Positions 12,532-25,000 of a DNA stretch of 64,000 nucleotides are shown here, one piece after another; position 1 is the first letter of the stretch; every line of letters starts with the position of its first letter. Made by a program: the position numbers and the translations under genes. This stretch comes from Nemertoderma westbladi (lineage: Eukaryota > Animalia > Xenacoelomorpha). Where the stretch lies: positions 14,625 to 78,624 of the forward strand of contig JAUCBJ010000179.1 in the NCBI GenBank assembly GCA_032718475.1, in the 5' to 3' direction. Below the pieces are notes generated by a model that had not been told where the DNA came from, ran no database searches, and saw only the letters and a list, made by a program, of their open reading frames with translations.

Positions 12532-13574
12532 CTGCAATAGGATGAACGGTGGATATTAGTAAATCATTATTTATTACAAGAAACTATTTATACCGAACCA
12601 GTGATGTATATGCGAGAGAGATAGATAAATATAACACATCAACAAAGGGTCAAAAGGGAAAAAATATATTTTTTTAATTTATATTTTAATTAAATATTAC
12701 AATTTTTCATAGGTGAAGTTTCAGGATTTAATATGATTTTAACTCAAGGGAGATAAAGAGGCATATAGAAAAAACATGTTATTGAATTCATTTCTAGGTA
12801 AATTACCGCGATATTATTAAATAAATAATTAGGTAACGAACAGTATTCCATGAACTATTAACTATTTTTCCATTAGGACCCCTTATAATTATTGACCTCC
12901 TCGTTGTCATTCGCCCAGATAATTATACATTACGGGGAGGAAATAAAGTGCACTTTGTTTCCCATTTTATCACAAATTATTACTGATAACATCATTATAT
13001 TTAGTCACTTACTCCAACTCAAGGCTAATCAGATCAAATTGTTATTTCCCGTCGCAGAATTTCTCGCGTAAAAAACATTTGATTAACTTCTCTCCGTAAT
13101 GTTAATGTTCACTACATTTAAATATTGTTTGTATCTTACCGCTAGAAGTAACATTTTGAATTAAATATTTGTACACTCGTAAATTTGAATGAATTAATTA
13201 TCATTGGATAATTACTATTATTATTGTTATTGCCGTGTTGTTGTTGTGCTGTAATATTTCGATCTTGTGGTTGGTTGTGCTGTGTTATTTACTTTGTTGT
13301 TATTTACGATGCGCTGTTAAATAATTGGTTTCAATAAAATTACTAAGTACTACTAGTGTAAACAATAAACATTTGCTTTGAAGTACCCTAAACTGGTACT
13401 TTTATACTTTATATACCATCTCGAAAAAATATGAAATAATATGAAAGGAATGGAAAATATCTCACCAAAACGCCATGCTAGAGCTAGATAAATCCTATTC
13501 CGAATCTAAAAGTAGTCCTGAGGTTACAGTAGGTACAGTGTACAGCGTACCAGTAACGGGTGTTTCAAACTCAC

Positions 13575-14509
13575 CTCAACATTCGGGATTCCAACGGAGC
13601 CATTCCCCTTTTACTGACCTCCCTCTCCAAGTAGGCAGTAGCGTCGGTCGGTTGCCAACGCAACATGGGATCGCGTCCTATCAACTGCGTCACAATAAAA
13701 TCCTGAGTAAACAACCCAGCCCTGGACGCGCCGTTGTGTTTGAGAATGGCGCCGACGAGAGCCAAGAAAACGCGCCTGACGACGGACTGGGGAACCGGGT
13801 TGGAGGAACACAATACGAGATCCTTGAGACCGAGGTTCGAGGAAACATCATCGAGAACTTCGTCGGAAACTAACCAGTTCACGCAGGACTCCACCCCCGG
13901 TCGAGGCAAGTCCCTGTAAACCCGTCGGAGGTATTCCGTGCAGTAAAAAGTTACGAAATCTAAACCGACCGTAGATAGCTCGTTGTTCGATTTAACGGCG
14001 TCTGTTTGAGATTCGGTTGGCGTTTCTTTTGGAACATTGGCGTTCCCGGGGATGTGAGTTGTAGCCGAATCCTCTAAACTTCCCGGAGTTTCGCTCGTAA
14101 AACTCTCGTCAGTTATAACCTGGATGAATAATTCTTTAGGGATATCCTCCCCAATTCGTATTAAATATGAGTAAATTTCAGCATCTAAATTCCAGTTTGT
14201 TTCGGAATTTCTTCGGGGAATTACAGGTTCTTTCAACGAAAACACAAGATCTTTCCGTTTCTTAGATTCTATTTCCTTTATAACCGCGCTGGTCCATCTC
14301 CCTACACATCGCTTAGGTAAATAATTGAACTCGTTGGCATATCGACTGATACTGGTACGTCCATCAAGTGAATTCCTAAAGTTCCGCCAGTTAAAAGCAA
14401 ACGATTTCGTAGATAATCGAGTGACAGTGCGACGACAATGCAACGATAATTTAACAGGGTTAATTCGTAAAAAAAAGCAAGTTGATGAAAACAACATTCC
14501 AGACGTCAT
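13575..14509 (-). CDS. MRPL44: 39S mitochondrial ribosomal protein L44, exon 1 (RNase III-like domain)
   Basis: RRNSETNWNLDAEIYSYLIRIGE, NNELSTVG, LGLKDLVLC, FLALVGAI, FTQDFIVTQLIGRD, PLESRMLR|gtgagt; basic N-terminal targeting-like leader; about 396 aa in total. Confidence 0.9.
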
Positions 14510-16164
14510 TATCTGAGTAGGCCTATTAGCCTAGTGCCTAGGCGCTAGGCCTACTTTACTTCGTACATTATGCTCTGCACTGCAGCGCAGCTGCCTAACT
14601 GTAGGATCAATAACTGATTAATATCCGTACTGCCGTACGAAAATGCATGGCTGTATGGATGGTGCCAACTGCAGAACTGCTAAAATGTCCTCGAACCCAG
14701 AACCTATCAAATCTGCAAATACTGTCAGACTGTAGGCCTAGGCCTACTGCAGTACTGTCTAACATTTACAACATTAATCTGTTAATTATATAGGAGGCCT
14801 AACATAATACAGTAATACTGTAGGGCCTAATGAATAGGCCTACCGGTGTTAGGGTTGGTTGACAATTTTACAGTTTTAGAGTGTTCGTTTCCCAATCAGG
14901 GTATTTTAACTCCACATAATAATTATCCGTATTGTCATGTCATCGTGTTTTTATATATTCATGAATTGGGTTACGCAGTTACTGTACATGAAATATTTAA
15001 GCTGTATGCCTACAGCTGTATAAGTAGGGTTAAGCTGTTAAGGCCTGACTAAAACTACTGAACTATAAACTAACCCTCATCAGAATAATAATACACATAT
15101 TAATGGCTGTCAAGGAATACAATCTGCAATCAGAGGTTATTCCTCGAAAGTGAAAGATAGTAAGAATTTACATAATGAGCTATGAAGTACCGGTATCAAA
15201 GTTCATATTATCCACCCTCGCCACACCATTAGGCTCCAATCTGACAACCTAACCAGACCTTGACTACTGCAGTACTGCTGTACTGAAAATAAATCTGCAG
15301 TAGTGCATAAAATATTTCAAATTTCCCACCATTTCTTGGCCTGCCAGATTTATTATTATTCTTAGTTGTTGATTGGAAGGCCATGCTGATTCTACTGATA
15401 TTGTTAGTTAGAGAGCTAACGAGATCGTACGGCATCGTTTATATTGAATGTGGACAATAATGTTTGTTTATGTGATGTGAATGTGGGTGAGCTACGAAAG
15501 TAAGCGAGCTTAGCATACATGTATCACTAACTCAATCGGTGTGTCTGTGGGACGAGCCACGAAGTAAGTGAGCCTTAGCGTAGTGGTACCATTAATTAAT
15601 CAACCTGTGGGGCGAGAAAATCCGCAATGAAATCATAAATAATAACATAATATTATTATTATTATTTATTGCCATACTTAAATACAATATTGTATATAAG
15701 GCAGTTTAGAGGCAAGCCTCTTTAACTGATAATAACTGACCTCTTAAGGAGGTCAGCTGGCACTCTATCCTAATAAGTAAGTACTAAATATAAATATAAA
15801 ATGCATGCAGTAAATAATAAACCTATGAACGAAATGGTTACACAATATTTCCATGCAGAAGAGCAATATATTTATCTAGTTAATTAATTGTACGGTACTG
15901 TACTTATATTACAGGAAACTATTACATAATACATACAAAAAAAATATACACATGATTAATAATAAATATAATTAAGTAATTAATTGCCAGACATTATTTA
16001 TTATTAAAAAATTTATTAAATTACAAAAATTCGTTTCACCGTAAATAATGTGCTCAAGCACCCAGCATTGATAGAACCCGCGTCAATTTTATTTATCCCG
16101 TTCAAATCCTGAGAGGAAATGCTTTTTTAGAGAGCCTTTAAAAGTGGAATAGTTCGTTACTAGT

Positions 16165-16270
16165 TGTGGGGCGAGCCACGAAGTTGGCGGAGCCTTAGCG
16201 AATTGACACTGTTAGGGGGTGGGTCAATTTATGCAAATAGTTGTCGTCGTCGTCGTCGTCGTCGTTGTCG

Positions 16271-16302
<32 letters not shown>

Positions 16303-17437
16303 GTCGTTACGATTTTGACATGCTAATAACTTTGTCGGATTTAAAGCTGCCAAGTTGAAAATTTGTAGGTATCAATATGAGCAAAAGGTGAGATTTTTGA
16401 GAGACTTTCAGACACCATCAGTGCAATGGTCTCCCGCTAGAGGGCCACATGTCTAAACATTAAATGGCCACCCATTTCTTTGCTTTTAATCCGTTTAAGC
16501 TGAAACTTGGGAAGTATGTACTAGACCATTAGCTGTAAATTTCAAAAGAGGCTAATCTGTCTGCAGTTCTCCAGTCTGCCGCTAGAGGGCGAAATGTCCC
16601 GAATGTGAAATTATTCTTCCATTTAGTTGTTTATGATCTGATTACGCTGAAACTTGTCATATATGTACTAGATGACATCCTGAGTCTTTGTGTGGATTGT
16701 AATCGGTCCGAAGTTTTCCAGTCTGCCGGTAGAGGGCCACATGTCTAAACATTAAATGGCCACCCATTTCTTTGCTTTTAATCCGCTTAAGCTGAAACTT
16801 GGGAAGTATGTACTAGACCATTAGCTGTAAATTTCAAAGGAGGCTAATCTGTCTGCAGTTCTCCAGTCTGCCGCTAGAGGGCGAAATGTCCCGAATGTGA
16901 AATTATTCTTCCATTTAGTTGTTTATGATCTGATTACGCTGAAACTTGTCATATATGTACTAGAAGACATCCTAAGTCTTTGTGTGGACAGTAATCGGTC
17001 CGGAGTTTTCGAGTCTGCCGCTAGAGGGCGAAATGTAGGAAAGTGATAACCTTCGCGAATTCCTTGATCTTAATCTATTTAAGCTGAATTTTGGAATATA
17101 CAGTACCGGTATGTACTAGACCACATGCCTCGTCTTTGTGAGGAAGGTGATCGATCCGCAGTTCTTTAATATGCCGCTAGAGGGCTAAATGTATGAAAGT
17201 GAAAACCTTCCAACATTTCGTTATTTATGATCCGTCAATCGGAAACTTGGTAGATATGTAATAGACCATAGGCTGTGGCTTTGTAGGGAAACTAATCCTT
17301 CCTTCTTCAGTTACCCAGTCTCCCGCTAGAGGGTTAACGTTTTCCGGGAAAATCTTCTCCTATGTTTTTATAATCCTTTCGAGTTGATACTTAGCATTAA
17401 CTCATTTCACGTGCTGCGCGAAGGCCCCACTTCGTGT
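16165..17437 (+). mobile_element. Helentron-like non-autonomous element (HINE/DINE-1-like), copy 1
   Basis: 5' TGTGGGGCGAGCCACGAAGT and 3' GCCCCACTTCGTGT subterminal inverted repeats; (GTC)n microsatellite; about 146-bp internal tandem repeats; inserted in a T run with no TSD. Confidence 0.75.
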
Positions 17438-17737
17438 TTTATTGTGTGCGGTAAGTCATTCCATAATTTTATGAGTTGGGTAGTTAAGCTGTAGTGCCCA
17501 AACCGGTTGTTAGTCCTTGGTAGTTTAATATTAAGGGTGCGTCTGTTAAGTAAGTCATCCGTGGTTGTATCTGGTAGGTAAGGAAGATTTAGATGTTGGA
17601 ATGGGATGGATATGTGGGGCGAGCCACGAAGTTGGCGGAGCCTTAGCGAATTGACACTGTTAGGGGGTGGGTCAATTTATGCAAATAGTTGTCGTCGTCG
17701 TCGCGAGCCACGAAGTTGGCGGAGCCTTAGCGAATTG

Positions 17738-19023
17738 TGTACGCGCTTTTATAGACCTTCAGCAGTTTAACCTGCCGAAATTTATATGTCTTTATTGATA
17801 AACTGCCTTTTATAAGATGACAAGATTTAATACAAAAACAAACCAAAAACATTAGCCGAAGCCAGTCCATGCGCGTCCAAATGACCCGTTTATAACACCG
17901 GGAGACTGGATTCGTGGGCTTAAATTTATTTGCGGTCAAGCCTACTGTATTATTCGATTGATTACTAATATATAATCTCTGACAAATATTATTCACTTTC
18001 GGGAAATATTAGCAGTTCCTTTTAGGACGTGGCGCTCTACCTATGTAAACAGAGTTATGACTGATACTACACACAACGATATGGCTTAAATTTCAAGCAT
18101 AGGGCGCATTCTTTAGGAATGCTTTATTATCAGATCCAATCACTTTACAATCACGCACGCTACCGGTAACGCACAACACTGCTCACTGATATGCCGACAG
18201 TTACTGACTTTGATCAGGTATAAAGAGATATGCACTGGACTCAGGTAGTGTCTGTCAAACAACATTAGATTCACTACAAACACAATAATAAAGTCGCAAT
18301 TGTTGTACATAACCTTTCTCTCTAACCTGTAGTGTATCAAAGATATTGGGAAAATGTGGGTTGATTATTGATATTCTTCAACTAATAACATCCAATTATA
18401 CTGATACAAAATTACAAACAGTAAAAGCAGTATGACGGTAGGTTAAGATACAATTAGATTGCAAGTGCAAATGAGTCGAATTGAATTGAATTGAGTCGGA
18501 TCAAATTGGATCAAATGGAATTGATAATAGCTATGCTTTCTATAATTTAGCCTACTAATGTTCTTATAAAAAGGCAGAAACATTGCGTCATTCCAGCCGA
18601 TCTTCAGGCAGTATGGAACGACATAAACACTGAGTTTGGGAGCTGCTGTAGGTATCTCTTCAAGGAAAACGCAAATCACCCTGATTGGTTGTTAGACCAA
18701 AAACAAAGGAACCAGGAGTCCAATGAGAGCTCCCTCCACGTCATCATCCAGCTGGGAGATGTCGTAATCAGAATCCTTCCCTTGACATAGTGACAATGAA
18801 ATGCCGCATTGCGGGTTGTGTACCCTGCTACGTCCGCATAAAGCACACATTCAGAAGAATCTATTTTATGTCCGTTAAAAACACTTATACAGCACCCCGA
18901 GGGCTAGGGGATCCAATTATATCTGTAAACGCTTTTACAGCAGGTTTCAGAGTATTTCAGCGTATGGGGGAAAAACTGGATCGCGGGGCGAAGGACCAGT
19001 TGCATCCCACAGAAGCTTTTACA
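17738..19023 (-). repeat. 3' LTR
   Basis: Direct repeat of 27538-28823 (offset 9800); identical by eye and by shared small ORFs. Confidence 0.95.
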
Positions 19024-19977
19024 CCGCTCCCAGAAAATGGGATTGAAGTCTATAAAATATACGAGATCACAGTTTCTAATATACATAAATACTCTAAACC
19101 GTTAGTCTTTCTTGCGCGGACGGCGTTTACGCAGTTTTTTAAAGCTGGCCAGAGTCCTTTTCTCTTTGGGGCGAACCACTTTACAAGGAGGGCTATAACT
19201 CCTGGGTGAAAGGTGCAATATAATTGCATCAGAGGGTGCAGGCTTATAGTCGGGGTATCCGCCGTTTCGATATGCTTCTCCTCGAGCTGATTTTCCTCTG
19301 CTCGTCGGTGGATACATTCGTCCAAAAAATCTCGCGGAGAATAGAGTCGTCCAAGTTCGATATCTTCTTAGAGATTAGTTTAAGTTATCTGAACAAACGC
19401 AGGTTTCTTTCCTGATCTTTGTGGAATAGCGTCTAACTCGTTTCGGACAACGCTCTCCTCTACCTTGATGACGGGTGGTAGCGGGTTAAACGGGAACGAT
19501 CCCGATTACACGGTTGAATGGCAACAACGGGTGTCCGTGCCTCAATCCGGCCAGGTAAGATAGGCGGATATTTAGGGAGCCATTAACCTGAGTGCCACCA
19601 ACCAACGGCTCGGGCAACACTGGATCTCGGAACGGTAAGCACAGTTCATGAGGATCCGCGATACTATTAGGATCAAGAGTCCGAGGTCTAACTAAGGAAG
19701 GAGGAGGTCTGACCGAGCATTCAGGAACTCAGATCATAGGTCTACTCAAGGATCGCCCGAGCCGAGAAAGCGTGGGTGACACATCGAACAAGTTTCTCTC
19801 GAAACTCCCGCAAACACAGCGAGCAAACCGTGTTTAAAGCTTCGTCTCCGTTGACGTTTATGTCTTTCCGTTTGTTGGTTGGTCTTAGGCATTCATCGTA
19901 ATAATACCAAGACACACGTCTTGTAGGGGAAACGCGAGTGATATTTATTTGGTGTTACAATGCTTCTCTCAAGAATT

Positions 19978-20400
19978 CTAAATATACGTTGGAGTTACCG
20001 CGTTTATCCGCTTCTTGAACGTCTTTTCTTTCGCGTAGACTTCGCATAGAATTTTCGCATTCGAATTTAAGTTCATTGTTACGACTCCGCTGGGTAGGAT
20101 ATTTAAATAATACCATTTCCCTTTTGTGTTGACATAGTCCGTATCGTGTAAGTCGATATAATAGCAGGTAGTTAAGAAGTCCATATATATACCATTAATA
20201 TGCGTATAGCGAGCGGTGAACTTGCTACAGTCCAACCCACGCGCAAGTTGCTCCTGGGACATAGGTGGTTCGATATAACTACCATCGTCCTCGGTAGTAG
20301 TTGGATCAGCTTCACCGCGTATCAAGCTATCCACAAACGCTTGTAAAGGTAGAGTATATCCCTCTCTAATACCAAGATCATCTTCTATCAACTCCGTCAT
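19978..20400 (-). CDS. Hypothetical 140-aa accessory ORF inside the LTR element
   Basis: ATG-initiated, same strand as gag, non-repetitive globular-like composition; no family recognised. Confidence 0.4.
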   Translation of the reverse strand: MTELIEDDLGIREGYTLPLQAFVDSLIRGEADPTTTEDDGSYIEPPMSQEQLARGLDCSKFTARYTHINGIYMDFLTTCYYIDLHDTDYVNTKGKWYYLNILPSGVVTMNLNSNAKILCEVYAKEKTFKKRINAVTPTYI

Positions 20401-22034
20401 ATCTGTTATATGAGTTTACCAATATTAGAAGGAGTTTGGCTTTAGGCGAGCAGGCGTCGCTGCCTACCCCTCTCTGCCCCCGGACAGTGGGATCCTCAGC
20501 GCCGATGCACCGTTGTCGCGTGTTTACGCCAACGTTGTGGCAACAGCACGACAACGATAACCGGCACAAGTCACTCCACTGTCCGTCCCAAAGTCTTGAA
20601 ATCACTTGAGGTTCTTGCTATGGGAGAGTTGGGCTACTTTACAATTGCGACTAGCTACGGTAAACACACTTTAGCAGTAACATTCACCTACAAACGCACA
20701 AATTCCACACAACAGCTACCAACTACAATCATACCGGCCACTTGTCCGTTAGTCAGTGCTTTCCAAAATGTCACGTTATTATTGTGTATCCTTGGATACC
20801 AACAGTGTGCTATGTAATCACTATGCTAGGCAATGGGCAAGCTTTCTATTGTTCTGTTAACTCGTTTCTAATTCTGTTAACTCGTTTCTAATTCTAGCGT
20901 GGGTGTTGCTATGGTGACATTATGTAAAGCTAGCGGTAGAATTAGGGTAATTCTCATGCATACAGATCTGGGATGCTGTTTGATAGTAAGTCTTTAATTG
21001 TCAAGATCCTCTTTATACATGATTTTATGAATTTTGTCGGCCATTGACTATATGTTGGAGATTCTTGCACTCTAATACACTCAATAGGATTAATCTCCGC
21101 TCCCGTGATCTATTAATTAGTGGAATTTTGGGAATATTAGAAATTGTGCAAAATGACAATTTATTAAATTCATAAAATATGAATTTTAAATTTATTCCCG
21201 TGAATTTTATTATTTGATGGTAAGATTGACATAATTTTGATTCCAGAACATATCTGGGGACATAAGATCCTTAATTCTATAAAATGGTCTTTTAAGAATA
21301 CCGGTAAGTGCTACGATATCTTAATTAACTAGAAATTTTAAAGGATCTGAATTTGACAGATTTTAATAAATATTAAATTAATATTTAAGATGGGCACCGA
21401 TTTATTCCAGAACTTGTCTGGGGACGTTAACCACTGATTCTAGAATTTGTCTTTCAAGTATATCGGTGGGTGCCACGATATCTTAATCGACTAGAATTAC
21501 AGATGGTCAAAAGTTTAACAGATTTATTTGCGTTTTACGCTACTGTTAAAGGGACATCACGCTACTATATGTATTATTTAATATAGGTAGAAGAGCAATA
21601 TCGCACAAGGCAATGTCAGTGTGAAGAGGCAAGTCGTTTCCAAGGTCTACCCAGAGCTTGGTTTAGCCGAGACACGAGGATCTGAACTTTGCATTCCTAA
21701 TACTCTGCCTACCAATAATACTGAAAATATAGTAGTGGCTTTATTGTACTTTAATAAGTACGGACATTTCATCTTACTGTAGTCTCGCATTTATAATATA
21801 ATACGGACAGTAAGGAAAGAGAAAATAATTATTTCTCGCCGTCGCACTAAGTATATTATGTAATTACGTAATAAACACTAATATATTGCACTAATCTACT
21901 AAATAATCTAAAATAACACTCTACTAAATAAAATTAAATAAAACGATTATAATAAAATACATAGTAATACATACATAAATATAAAATAAAAACAAATATA
22001 AAATAATATAGTCACACACCCACTCCATATATTA

Positions 22035-25000
22035 TTACGTGATGGAGTCCCTAGATATTTGTCGAATTAGGGAAGTGGTCGTAGGAAGAGTATCTTGCCT
22101 TCCATGGTTTCCGGACAGTTTTCGGTCTCTTCCCGGTAAACCTAAACGACCAGCTGGGCGATTAGGCCGTCGTGATATTTCCTCCGCTCCCTTGGCCTGT
22201 CTAATCTCCGCCGCGGCAAGACGAGGAGGCCATTCTTCTTCTTCTTTACTTAGGGAGTCGGGTCCACCCAACCAGCCGGGAGTATCTATCCGTTCTTGAG
22301 GAGTTACTCCTCTGGAAGCGATGTCGGCTAGATTAATCGTCTCGGGTCGATGTCTCCATTGATCTACATTGGAGTTGATATCGTCGCTATCTGAGGAGTA
22401 TGTTGTTCCCTCAGTGGCTTCGTCCACCTCACTGCTCTCCTCTTCCCAAGCTTTTACTTGAAGTATCCGGTCTTGTGGCAGTCTTTCTTCAAGGGTTCTG
22501 CGGGAAGGGCCAGTGAAGTACCAACCTACTCGAGTTCTTACCGCATAAGGTTGTAATGGCTGCGGTTGAGCAGGCCGTTTCTCTAACGTCTCGAGCGCCT
22601 CATGCGCGTTTTGGCCGATAAGGATTTGTACTCCAGGATAATCAGTTTGGAATCGAGGTATTCCCAAATGTTGGATGTTCTCGTCCTCGTCCCAGTCATA
22701 AGGTTCTACTTGAGTAGTAGCGAAGTTCTTTATTGCCACCATTTTTACTGACTCTATACTTTGTTCCCCTAATTTATCCTGTGGAGTGGACAATGCGCCG
22801 ATATAATAATCTGCCATTAAGGTAGATTTCCAAACCTGCATAATTCCGGACATATTTAACTTAGTTCGGAATTTGGGTTGTCCAGCAAAAATATCCTCGG
22901 CTAACTCCTTGTCGATGAATGTTCCGGTGCTACCTGAGTCAAGGAGGGCGTTCACTATGTAACTTTTGTTGGGACCGTGAACTCTTACCTGGACTACCGG
23001 AAATTCTCGTATTCCTATGTTGGATGTTGGAGTTTTCCGAGATGGTTGCTTGTCCAAGGAGGTTGATGGAAACTCCGTGTCGTTATCCTTTTCGTACGTA
23101 AGTGCTCGATACACTGCGGTGTTTATTAGATAACAGGATTCGTTGGCATCAGAGAATTCGTCAGTATAGAATCCTTCCCACTCAGAACTTTGGTCAGTGT
23201 CGTTCACATCACTGAATTGGACATGTGATTTGGGCTCACTTACCTGACTCGGGTGGTTTCGTTCGAATTCTGTGTGCAATAAGCTATGATGTTTCGCGCC
23301 GCACTTAGCACACCTTGCGTTATAGTAACAGGTTCGCTGCTGGTGTCCGCGTCTGAGACAGTTAGAACACAACCGCTTATCCCACAGGACTCCACGTCTA
23401 CCTGCCAGGGATTTCTTTAGGAATTCTGCACACACCCTCAAACGGTGGGGCCCGTCGCACAGCGCACATTTTGGTTTGATGTTACTCACTTTAACTTGGG
23501 CAATGTTATGCACTTTGGTTCTTTCTTCGGGCTTTCTTACCTGAATTCTTTTGGGAGACTGAGGAGGGGTCTTAGTGAGCTTGTCTCTCCTATCATTGGT
23601 TCGAGGCCGGTATTTACTTACGTCTCTCAGGGTTTTGTGGTCATCGTAAGATCTTGCTGTGTCTTTCCCGCTGTCCTCTTCATGGGAGGTCTGGCTTTCG
23701 CCGTCGTCAGTATAACATACGGGTATTATTCTTTTCCTAGAAACGGGTTTTTCACTTACCTGATTTTCCGATGTTTTTTCCCTGGATTGCTTTATTAGTT
23801 GTAGTTTGACCTCACGGTCTAGGAATGACATGAGATCCGCCATGGTGGGGCTCCGTCGTTGTTGCTCCATCATATACAACACTTTCTTGTCCCAACGTGT
23901 ACATACTCCCCCCTTTGGCAAAGTAGAGACAATGGCTCCGATAACCATGGAACTCTGATATTCATGGGACTTACCTAACCAATCCAATTGCCTACAGATT
24001 TCTTGAATCTCATCGGAAAACTCTATAATCTCGTTACTAAAGAACTTTCGGGGAGCTACCAGTTTTGCATACAAATACTTAGCGATGTTATCCTTATTAC
24101 CATACCTGATGTTTAGGGTATCCCAAACTTGTCTTAATCCATCTGGATGTCCAATAAACTTTAACGCCATTAACTTGGGAGATCCTTCCAAACACTCGAT
24201 GAGGTATCTAAGTTTCTCTCCGTTAGATAGCACAGAGTTCTGTATGTTATCTTTGTAATATTCATTAAAAGGTAACCATTTCATCTCATCTCCATTGAAT
24301 TTGACGATTTCTCCCTCTTTGACCGCTTGGCGGGCTTCTGTTCTAGCCATTTGACGCGTAAAGCTTTCTTGGGCCATCGTGTTATTAAATATCGAATTAT
24401 CGGTATATAAATTTCTCGAATTATTATCAGGTCTATAGGGAATATCATTACCAACAGGTTTATAATCTCCCTTAATAGGGTTTACTATAGGAGTTTCTAC
24501 TTCGCTAGCAGTATATACGCGTGTAGGCGACACACCTTGCGCATGATATACTTCAGACCTAACAGGTTGACACATGGTTACAGGGGGTGTTTCTACTTCG
24601 CTAGCAGTATATATGCGTGTAGGCGACACACCTTGCGCATGATATACTTCAGACCTAACAGGTTGACGCATGGTTACAGGGGGTGTTGGTATACCCCTTT
24701 GTAAATTTACTAACTTATCGCATTCTGACGCGATACTCTGTTGCACCTCTTGCAATGCTAACCTACTTTCCCTTACTGTGCCCTTGAACTGCTTAACAGT
24801 CTCTTCCAACTCCCGGACCTGCTGGGAGGAGCACAAACAGTGTTCCCTCAGCTGCTCGAGCAGGAGACCCATCTCCCGTCGCCCCTCAGCTACCCACTCG
24901 ACCGCCGAAGCGGGAGTCGCCAACGTAGTGGCGGGCGAGCGAGAGACGACGGGCGATAAATTCTTGATATCATCTCGCTCGGCGTCCAGGATGGGTTCAG

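Noticed and set aside
15482-15615. Three short TGTGGG..GAGCCACGAAG-like motifs
   Set aside because: Decayed 5' ends of the Helentron-like family, too short to delimit as elements.
16164-16358. Poly-Arg ORF (and the poly-Asp ORF at 28704-28958)
   Set aside because: Translation of the (GTC)n microsatellite.
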